In this document: positions 39,958 to 49,851 of the stretch, piece by piece | How positions within the stretch are numbered: the first letter of the stretch is position 1 | How the letters are laid out: the number at the start of each line of letters is the position of its first letter | DNA from: Kudoa neothunni | Taxonomy: Eukaryota > Animalia > Cnidaria | Assembly (NCBI GenBank): GCA_964304625.1 | Contig: OZ199838.1 | Span: forward strand, 2,953,947 to 3,017,946 | Direction of reading: 5' to 3' | Length of the DNA: 64,000 bases | Made by a program: the position numbers and the translations under genes | The notes under the pieces: generated by a model | Database searches by the model: none | Told to the model about the DNA's origin: nothing | Seen by the model: the letters and a program-made list of their open reading frames with translations, nothing else

Positions 39958-40917
39958 TTAATGTGCTTCAAATTGAAGAGTCACGTTAGTTATTTGGCGG
40001 TTTCCAAGAAGGATAATAACGTGCTGAAGGGTTTCTTCTTGGTCGACGGCGTAATTTAAATTTTTTTTTGTATTTTTATCTAAAAATTTAATAATGAATA
40101 AATAAATGGTTAAAATAATTTATAACACATTCAATATGGCTTATTTTTATTTTTTAAATTATAATCATTACTTAGTAATGGTGGTATTTGGGAAGGATTG
40201 CATTGTTTATCTAAATAACACATGTCGATCGAATATCGAAGAAAATGTTCTCGAACCTAAAATATATAAAAATTATTCAACAGATTAATTGTTTTGTAAT
40301 CTTTTAATTAAATATTTAAAATGGAGTTTGTCATAAATAATTCACCTCATTATTTATGTCATGAAAATTCCTAATAATCTTCAAGCGATACACGTAAAGG
40401 GACAACTATCTTTAATTTTAATTATTTTCACAATAATAAAGGTATACAATGCAAGGTAAGCAAGAAATTTTTTGTTTAAGCATAAGGACTAGATATTATA
40501 ATGCAATCTAAATAATGATGTAAAAAATTTACTTTTTTTTCCTAGACAAAAAACAAAATATTGGCAAATGTGTGAAGATTCCGGGTAGACGTTAACGAAA
40601 ACCTCTATATTAAGAGAAGCCACGTTAATTATTTTTTTCTGGAATAAATCTTACAAAATATAATGTCAATAGATTACTTTTATAACACTGTGTTTAAACA
40701 AGTCGTTTTGGTATAATTCAACTAGACTAGAAACTATTTGTTCCATAGCAGTTTGTTCCACTGTAAACTAAAATTGTATTAATTATTTGTATATTTATAT
40801 TTAAATTAATTACTTGCAATGGTATACATTTTAGAATTTTGAAAACACCTATAATTACTTTATTTCAATGAAGAATCATCACTAATTACAACATATAAAC
40901 ACAAATAATTTGAACAT
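39958..40917 (-). CDS. Secreted swaposin-like protein, paralog 5, 8 exons (apparent 1-nt frameshift in the last exon)
   Basis: MFKLFVFICCVFKILKCIPLQ-FTVEQTAMEQIVSSLVELYQNDLFKHSVIK-KKIINVASLNIEVFVNVYPESSHICQYFVFCLGKK-ILMLKQKISCLPCI-LSLYVYRLKIIRNFHDINNE-VREHFLRYSIDMCYLDKQCNPSQIPPLL-NKNTKKNLNYAVDQEETLQHVI/(shift)ILLGNRQITNVTLQFEAH*. Confidence 0.8.
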
Positions 40918-41299
40918 TGAGAACTATTGAACGATATTTATTGTCTCTATGTGAATAATTATACTTTAATATATTAATATCTTTTTATTGATATTTGAAT
41001 TAGTGATAAAATGATAAATCAAGAAATCAATAATTGATTAGAATATTACTCATTTAGTTATATATTTTTCGGTTTTTGCACATACATAATTATTATCATC
41101 TGAATTGGTTTTATTAAATTTTATATTAATTAATCAAATTTTAATGTTAGTTATGCGTTATGTAGTATATTTTTCCATCAAATAATAATGATAAATAAAT
41201 TATTTGTTGCTAGTTATTAATTAGTAAGCACTATTTAATTTTTATGCAACTTTTCTTTCAATTCGGTTGTCGTTTATGCGCGGTATGTATTACAAAAAT

Positions 41300-43300
41300 T
41301 CGATTTTTCGATTTTACAATAAAATGTTATGGTGAATATGGATTATTATAACAATGTGACATTCCAACAAATAAATTTAATTTATTTGAATATATCTCGT
41401 AATTGTCTAAACTTGTTGGCAAATGTATGCTTAGAATTTGATTTGAAAAGAAGAACTTATTAATTTGTTATCGAACGAATAATTAAAGCTTAGATGTGTT
41501 AAACTTGGTTTATCGATATCGATGTTTGGAACAAATGGTTGATAATGCGTTAAACTATGCTCTAAACAAATTTAAGATTGGATAAATCGTAGATTGTTTA
41601 TCACATTAATTGATTAAATGAATTGATTCTAATGGTTAACTTTTAAAAATTTATCGTTCTATTTTAAATTGAAAAGTATTAAAGTACGATATATTGGTTA
41701 TACAATTTTATCCGATAATCAGTTGACAACACAAATATTTATCGAATAATTATTTTTATTTATGGGTCATATAACTTTTGAATTTGTATTTACTAATTGA
41801 TGGAGAAAAATCAGAGATAATTTTCTAAATTTATACGTCAACAAATAATAAATTTAAAGTTGTAGTTTCAGAATAAATGTCCTTCAATAACGTAATGTAT
41901 TAATAGAATTTTATCATTTTATTATTATTGACTGCATGTTTGTTTAAATTTAATTAACTTTTGTTTGTATTAATGCTTTTAAAGAATTTTCTACTTAAAT
42001 TAATTGCATGATCCATCTAATTACTGTATACAGTAAGTGATGGCTGATGCGTATTAAAACGTGTAAATTGATGTTTTGATATCCACGAGTTGTCCATGCG
42101 CAAATAAATTTTTCAAAAAATTTCTAAATTGATTCTATTATGTCTGAAGAATGTGTAGAATCAACATAAAATTTTAAATAAATTATTATTCATCTTCCTG
42201 TATGACTTTAATATAATAGCAGTTATATTCAAAGTTTTGTTGAGCGAAATATTATGAACTAAACATTGTCGTTTAGTTTAATTTAAAAATTGCATGCAAA
42301 TACATTACTATGAGGAATAATGAATTTTTTTTATTTTGTTAATTAATTAATTAATTCAATTAAACTTAAAATAGATAAATATGTAAAATATGATATTGAT
42401 ATTTTTTACCGGCAAAATGTGTTAAATTTTCTCATATGTTTGGTATAAAAGAAATATTCAGCTAATGATCACAATAAATTAATTATTCAATTTCTTAATT
42501 CATTGAGTACGCTTATTAGAAATTGTGCCAAATCATTCGGGCAATAAAATACTCAACTTTTGGACTTTTTAATTATATCTGTTTATCAACATAATCGTTG
42601 AAGATGTTAGCGATTTAGTGTCGTTTTGATTCCTATAAATCATTTATCTCGATTTCTAATTTAATTGTTTATGCTAACATTTAAAGATCTTGTTCATTGC
42701 AAATTTTTTTAATTTGTTTATATAGGAGAGAGCTAACTTGATTAAAACGATATGTTTTTCAAATAATCGACAGAAATTGATGAAGAGATGGATGTGTCAG
42801 TTTCTAATGTTCCATATCTTCAAATACTACTACTGTTCATCAAAACTGTTTTCATGATGACTTTAAATCAACATACAGAATTAATAAAAATCAATTTATG
42901 GCGATTAATGATTGTATCAACCGTAAAAGACTCGTATGATTTTTCTACGATTACTGCATCCAATGTATCCTGTAATTTGATCTTTTCTTCCCATATTCAA
43001 TACGAAACATGATTGAATTTATCAATTAATTACAATATCTAGATTTCTAAATGTGTCTAATGATTTATAGACATTGGTCGAATTTACATGGATAACAAAG
43101 TAATAAAGTAATTTTGGGAATGTTAAATAGCGCTTCATATTACTAAAGAAATTGTTCTCAAAATATCCGATAATTAATGGAGTTGAATTATTATTCGCCA
43201 TCTTATATTGTATACTAAAAGTTCCACGTCTTAGCTCTCATTGTCTCAACCCAAATATTCATTATTTAATGTCTTCAGGTTCTGTTTCCTTCATCATGAA
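41300..43300 (-). pseudogene. Possible highly decayed APE-type LINE (endonuclease + RT remnants)
   Basis: Only faint motif traces (MKETEPEDI..IWV, NVY..LDIVI, ISKHQF) amid many stops. Confidence 0.3.
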
Positions 43301-43443
43301 CTTTCATAATAATTATTCTCAAGTGTAATATATTAATTATAGATACACTACCAACGTACAGTCAGTATACCAATAACAGTCAAAATAATATTGGCTGTTG
43401 GTAATGTATATAAGCCAATCTGTGACAACGTTCATCACGAAAG

Positions 43444-43520
43444 GCCGAACTAGCGCAGTCAGGTTAGCGCATCAGTCTCATAATCTGGGGGGTCGTGTGT
43501 TTCGACTCACACGTTCGGCG
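43444..43520 (+). tRNA. tRNA-Met (CAT), elongator type
   Basis: GCCGAAC/GTTCGGC perfect acceptor stem, GCGC/GCGC D stem, TCAGT-CTCATAA-TCTGG anticodon arm typical of elongator Met, GTGTG/CACAC T stem. The T loop has one extra T relative to the copy at 49791-49807 (possible sequencing error). Confidence 0.9.
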
Positions 43521-43527
43521 ATTGTCG

Positions 43528-43533
43528 TTTTTT
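43528..43533 (+). terminator. Pol III terminator (T6) of tRNA-Met
   Basis: TTTTTT 7 nt after the discriminator base; duplicated at 49823-49828. Confidence 0.75.
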
Positions 43534-43581
43534 GATTTCTTCAGCCTAGTTTTGCGAAATTTTTGCATATACTGATCGCGA

Positions 43582-44961
43582 ATGAATTTGGAAACGATTG
43601 AACTAACTATCGGAGGAATTGAATCAGTAGTTGCTGAGATCGACACGAGTCTGTACTCGGATGTCGTCCGGCATTACTTTGACGAATTTTTGAGAATCTC
43701 TCGTCTTAAGATGAAGAAGTCTCCTTTCCTAGAACGAATCAGACGATACGTTCAATTGACTTTTACATTTACCGATATTTCCGATGATAAGGCATTTTTG
43801 CGCCCAGATAGCTTAGATGATAATCCAATTCATGCCTCCCCAGGTAATAAACAATTTTGCGGCGCATCTATCGGATCTGTTCTCTTAAAGAATGGTATCC
43901 TAGAGAGCGTGTTAGATAGCTTTAATGTTGGTGATCGCGATAACTATGTTAAATCTGTGTTGATTACCGTTTTCGGTAGCGACCAGAGGTCTGCAGCGTT
44001 GTCCGGTGTTCCTAAAAAGCTTGACGAGTTAAGTTCACCCGATGAACGTAACGAACTAACCTTACTGATGAATGATATTTGCCGGAGTATCATCTTCATG
44101 ATAAAGCAATCCACATTCCCATCGTTCCTGTTTAATGTTGATGGTAGCGTAAATCTTACGGATGATTTGGTCCTTCATCCGTACGTTGATTTCCCAGTGG
44201 AATTCGCAATATACGAATTATCACATGCACCATTCAAAGTTAACCTTACCAATGATCCTAAACTTCTTGCAAAGTTTGAAAAGTTTGCAAAGCTTGATCG
44301 GTCCGGCATATCCACCACTCCAATGACAGTACATGAATCGGCGTCGTCGGCGGCCGATGATTGTATTATATTGGGAGATAATAACAAAAATAATAACGAG
44401 GCTCTGAACCTTATCGAAAACCTTAATTTTAACAAAACAGAGGTTCCAGAGCATGATAATGTTAAAATTAATCAATCTTTTTCTTCTTTTAAACCAAAAA
44501 CTGCCTTAAGTGCTGAAAATTGCGATGCATCCAACAATTCGGTCTCATTAGCCGTCTTAGCGAATGATAAACAATTGGAGGACTTTGTTATTGAATCCGG
44601 CAGTAAACAATTTACCTGTATTCAACCTGTCAACATACATAATCCAGTTCATGAACCTGACAATGACATTGTCGGTGACGTGTCAACTGGAATATTATCC
44701 GTGATTGTTGATGAATCTGTTGATAACGATAACGATATTGTTGACACTTGTGTTAACATTGATGAGGAATCATTCGTGACGACTCGTCGGCTAGTTGGGA
44801 AGCCATCGTTGTCAACATTAGCAGATGTAAAGCAATCTAACGTAGATGCGCGTGTTTATATGAAGGATGAACCGAAGCCATTTGTTTTCGACATCACTTC
44901 GGATGCGTCGCCATTTACATCTAACCACTTCATTATCAGATTCAATCGATATGAGCTTTAA
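43582..44961 (+). CDS. N-terminal part of the element 1 protein (unrecognised domain of about 240 aa, then low-complexity region)
   Basis: 459-aa ORF whose N-terminus aligns without gaps to element 2 (GIESVVAEIDTS vs GIEAKLAEIDLT; RLKMKKSPFL vs RLKLKMSPFL; TFPSFLFNVDGSVNLTDDL vs TFPFFLFDIDGSINVTVDL). Confidence 0.8.
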   Translation: MNLETIELTIGGIESVVAEIDTSLYSDVVRHYFDEFLRISRLKMKKSPFLERIRRYVQLTFTFTDISDDKAFLRPDSLDDNPIHASPGNKQFCGASIGSVLLKNGILESVLDSFNVGDRDNYVKSVLITVFGSDQRSAALSGVPKKLDELSSPDERNELTLLMNDICRSIIFMIKQSTFPSFLFNVDGSVNLTDDLVLHPYVDFPVEFAIYELSHAPFKVNLTNDPKLLAKFEKFAKLDRSGISTTPMTVHESASSAADDCIILGDNNKNNNEALNLIENLNFNKTEVPEHDNVKINQSFSSFKPKTALSAENCDASNNSVSLAVLANDKQLEDFVIESGSKQFTCIQPVNIHNPVHEPDNDIVGDVSTGILSVIVDESVDNDNDIVDTCVNIDEESFVTTRRLVGKPSLSTLADVKQSNVDARVYMKDEPKPFVFDITSDASPFTSNHFIIRFNRYEL

Positions 44962-46749
44962 TGCGCAAGCTGCGAAATCAACATTATCTAATAACACTCC
45001 TGATAGCGACATAGTCGTTATCAGTGACAATCAACATCACCAACTTAAATGCTCTCTAAATAAATCACGCATTCATATAAAACAAGATAAAACTGATAGC
45101 AACACTCACATTACAAATTCTAGCAATAAATCAACCAAGCTTAAGCGTAATAAACGTGGGAAGTTAATTCCTACAATTATTACAAAATTAGCTGTAGAAT
45201 CAAGTGAGCAGCGACCGCAATTAAAAGCTGAGACGCCATTAAGCGAGAATTAGGGATAATAATGAGCAGCCATGTTTAAATCAGTCAACCAATGCCTTAG
45301 GTGAGAATACAATGCTTAACGATGATGACATCAATAATATTAATTCCAACGTTAAGTTATTAAGTTCAAACACTAAGAATAGTCCAGCCCCTACAACATG
45401 CGCTGCAAAAGATTCATCTTTGCCAGTATTTTCGACAGATCTTAATCTAAACAAAATAGGAAGCATAGATGTAGCTAATCAGCCTAATTTTAATAATGAC
45501 GCCTGGGAGGATCATGACTTTGGTTCGCAGAACATTTTTAATGTACAGTCTGCGTTAAATCCTCCAACATTAACTTCTAGTAAGTGCAATACTGATGTGC
45601 CATTAATCGAAACCTCAACATTAAATTCAAAACAAACCAACTAAGAGGCGCATTTCCACAATTAATGACTACCTGGCGGAAGCCAAAAATAAGTCTAAGT
45701 GTACTAAATTTATTGAAGGCAACTACAATGAGCTTAGTTTACTTAATGATGGCGCAACAGATAAAGATCTGTTGGCCATTTTCGTACCACCTCCTCCATC
45801 CTATAATAAGCAATTAGGCAGTGTTAACAATAATATTAAATCTAATATTAATACCGAAGATACTCCTTCTATTCGGAAGAAGTATTAGAGGAAATTGACA
45901 CTCGCGAACGCCAGAAGCGAATACAGCAAAGAGCTTCATAATTTCGTAAGAAACAAACTGAAGTGCTGGAACAATGTTCCAGTGATTTAAGGTCGCTTCT
46001 CGCTAATACCAACCCACAGATCTATCGATCAAGTCTACTCCTCCTTCATAGGTGTGGCACACGCTGCTGCGACGGCTATACGTATGGTTTTCCATCGTAA
46101 AGTACCTGAACAAAAGCCGCCCACTAAGGATACAACCGAACACACTTCCCCCACTTCCCCCCACTTCTCCGTCTATTTTCTCCATCCACAACAAACCACC
46201 TAAAAGATAAGCAAATTCACACTCAAGACAATCAAGATAAGATCCACAATCCACCTGAAGAACCTGTCACAGAAGCCAAGAAATTGCGTGGTAATGTACA
46301 GATTCAACCAGAAGAGATGCTACCGCCAAATTACAGAGAAATCTCCTAAATGGTGTGAAGCATCTGCCGCAGACATAATAGAATCACTTTCCTACATCAA
46401 CTTCCAAGGATGTCCAGAACATTCTGTGCGGCCCAAATGCTGAAGAACTCTCTCCAATCCATATTCCAGCTTTGGACAACTCAGAATCCACACAACCACA
46501 TCCACACGTAACTAATTTTCATTCTGAATCTGAGGAAAAGTCTTCCGATGAATGCCCTCCCTATGAGGACATTCGTGACGTTGATAAAGTACCAGATTTT
46601 TACAGTGCGCAGTCCGCTATCTCCACCTTCTTATGCTCGCCCTAAATTTAAATTAACACCTTCACCCTTAGCGTCGCAAAATCTTCAATTAACTAAGCAA
46701 TCTAATTCACAAATTCCTCCAGTGAATGTATCTGCCGAGGCCGTCTATC

Positions 46750-48117
46750 AATCCGGAAACCAATTCAGTGACTTTTATGTTGCTGAGGAGGAAGTAAGTT
46801 TTGCTCTAGACCGTGCTAAGAAAGATACCTCTCCTGGTACAGACGGGATTCATATGCGCTTTTGGAAAAAAGTTCCCTCTATGAATGCCCCACTTGGCCA
46901 AACTTTTCAATTTAATCCTTAATTCGTCACAATTTCCAGAAGACTGGCTTGTCAGTCGACTTGTCCTTATTCCAAAATCCAATGAAGATAATATTGATGC
47001 ATTCCGATCCTCTGAATTATCGACCTATTTCGATAACTCAGACTATTTACAGAATTTTTATGAGCATTATGAACAAAAAAGTTAGGTGCAGTCGTCGAGT
47101 TAAGTCCCTCCCAGAAGGGTTTCATTGCTAGCAATGGATGTGTTGAGCATGCCATTTGTCTTGCAAGAAATTCTCGACGATGTACGTAGGAATATGCACC
47201 GTCTGTCCGCGACATGGATAGATTTGCGTAAAGCTTTCGACTCTGTGCCGCATGAAGAACTTTTTAAACAACTGCGCTTTCAAAACGCGCCTCGTAATCT
47301 TCTCCAATGTCTGCAACATATGTATGCAAATTGTTATAATTTGGTCACTGATAAAGACGGCGGATCTGGCCTACTTTACCATCATGGTAGAGGTGTGCGT
47401 CAGGGATGCCCTTTGTCACCCTTATTATTCAATTTGGTCATCGACCCTTTCCTCAAGCAAATCGACAATTCAGACCTGGGTTATGAACTTCGTGAACAAC
47501 GTTTTGGTTCATTAGCGTACGCTGATGATATCATTCTTCTGGCCAAAGATCATAACCAACTTCGAGACATTCTACGTCGATTTGAAGAATTTGCCAACAA
47601 TCTTAATTTACGCGTGAATCACGGAAAAAGTGCGGCAATTAATGTCACCTTTAGAAGTAGGAAGCGCATACTTAATGACCCCATTATCCTTCCATACACA
47701 TTTCAAGGTGTGGACATCCCTATGATGACAGACTATTATAAGTACCTAGGTACTTGTAAGAATCTTGCATCTTTTAAGGACTTACCACCTTGTTTTGAAG
47801 AATTTTCCACCAATTTAGTTAAAATTTCCAATTCTCCCTTGTTGCACTTTATGAAAGTCAACCTTCTCAAAACATACATGTATCCGACCTTAGAATATTC
47901 CATGAAGAACAACATTGTGCGCATCGAAGAGTTAAAACGCGTAGACAGGGAAATTAAGTCAGCGGTTCGCCAATGGCTTAGGTCTACCTCATTCTACAAC
48001 AAAGTCCCTTCTGTACACTCCGTGTGCAGTTGGTGGTCTCGGTCTTCGTTGCCTCAAATTAGATTTCCCCTGTTTAAGGCTCGCCTCTGCAATGAATCTC
48101 ATTCATTCTCTGGATGA
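46750..48117 (+). CDS. Reverse transcriptase domain of element 1 (frameshifted)
   Basis: All canonical non-LTR RT motifs including YADD; ORFs 46548-46922, 46885-47085, 46949-47131 and 47125-48117 join through small indels. Confidence 0.95.
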
Positions 48118-49778
48118 AAGGGTTGCATGTGTAGCCGAAAAATCAATCTCTGCTATCATTTCAAGGAGGACAAATGATAGTATGTCTCCTGAGGAGTATT
48201 TTAATCGTGACACTGAGCTGATTGTGAGCAGAGATGTGAGAAGCATCTTTTCTAGTATTCGTTTGAATGCTAAAGCTCTGCAGCTCCAAGTAATCCAAGT
48301 TGATGAAGACAATCCTACGAAAGTTGACATCGACCCAAGTTACTTGCAAGATCCCACCCACATTCCGTCATATCAACAGAGAGGTGCCACCAGGATTAAA
48401 CGCTTGCGTTGGCATGTTCAGTCGATGTTTCTTGACGCATGGAAGTCCATGAGTACTCAGGGGACGCTCCGTTGAGTGCTTTATTGGTAGTAAAGCCGCA
48501 AACTCTTGGATTACCCAAGGCGATGTTTCTCCCTATGTATACCGCTTTGGAATCCTTGGGCGAGGTGAATGCGCTGCCGACAAAGTGCGTGCTACAAACA
48601 CGTAGGCTAACCTCCGAAGCTAGCTGCAGACGTTGTGTAAAAAGCAACGGAACACCTTGGACACATCCTTGGTGGCTGTAAGTTTGGTGAAGGGGCGCGG
48701 TCCGCTCGACACAACCATGTTGTTGACCTCATTGCTGAGCAGATAAAGCCCAATAAAAACTGGGTTTTTATTCCTCGACACAATCTTTCCTCAAATCCCC
48801 TCGAATCGCCGTCCAGATTTTGTGCTTTTGAATGAAAAGACAAAAGATGTCAGAATCTGTGAACTGACCATCTCATTTGAGTCCGATAGTTCCCGTCTTG
48901 ACCAGGTTCATGCCCACAAGCTGAACAAATACCGCGAGGAACAATCTCAATGGATGGAACTAGGCTATTCCTGCTCTTTGCATGCCCTTGTCTTTGGAGC
49001 CCTTGGGGGCGCATCTTGATGCAAACCAAGAGGCATATAAAGCGCTCTTTTGTTAAAAATAAGCGCAAGGTTCATGCTCTTCAAAAATCCATCACGCGCT
49101 CCATTTTACTAGATTCCTCGAATATTTGGAGAGCTCATGTCAAAGATACGAGAGCTACTGCTCTTGGTAAATTTGGCACAGGATGCCCCAAATATTCCCC
49201 CTAATCCTCATAACCAAGTCATCCTTGCGAGTACTTCACAAACTGTGAAGAAAACTCGCCAAAAAAACATATCCCGGTTAAATCTAACCCCTTGTCAACC
49301 CCTCAGATCGTTGTTAAAACTAATTCCCAACTAATTCCAACTTTAGAAATTAACAACTCAAATTCCCAACCACCTCCGAATAACTCAACCGCTCACTTGA
49401 AAAATTCCACCAACAACGATCTGACATATATCAATAAGAAGAAGAAATATCCTAGAGTTATCAAATCCCAACCTCTGATAACTCTTGTCCCACCACAAAC
49501 AAAATCCAAATCTCAAAAACGAAAATCCAAAAATTCCCAATCTACCCAATGTCAACCTGTGGTGCTCTGCGCAAAGTCACCCCCTTTACAGACCTCTTCG
49601 AAGTCTGTAAAGGAGTGACTTTGTTGTCAACATCCAACCATCAATCTACATGCTGCTAGCTGGTAAGTTTCATATGTGTATTTTAATTTTCATTTAGGAC
49701 CAATTCAAAAATTCAACATTCCAACCACATCAACAACTTATTTAGCTACTAAACTCTTATTTTATGTTTTGTTTATGT

Positions 49779-49851
49779 ATCTGGGGGGTCGTGTGTTCGA
49801 CTCACACGTTCGGCGATTGTCGTTTTTTGATTTCTTCAGCCTACTTTTGCG
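49779..49851 (+). repeat. Duplicated tRNA-Met 3' half + terminator + flank (73 nt; copy of 43483-43556)
   Basis: ATCTGGGGGGTCGTGTGTTCGACTCACACGTTCGGCGATTGTCGTTTTTTGATTTCTTCAGCCTA(C/G)TTTTGCG; one indel and one substitution between the copies. Confidence 0.97.

Larger units (their letters stand above)
43557..49778 (+). mobile_element. Non-LTR retrotransposon, RLE type (NeSL/R4/R2-group-like), element 1, apparently full length
   Basis: Coding from ATG 43582 to about 49618 across frameshifts. RT: SPGTDGI, NYRPISI, QKGF, IDLRKAFDSV, GVRQGCPLSPLLFNL, LAYADD, YKYLG. Zinc knuckle CRRC...HILGGC. RLE: RHNHV, RRPDFV, ICELTISFE, KLNKY, VFGALG. Short T-rich 3' end abutting a tRNA half. Confidence 0.95.

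Noticed and set aside
49779-49815. Second tRNA-Met gene
   Set aside because: Only the 3' half is present, with no D arm, anticodon or 5' acceptor strand; treated as a junction duplication.
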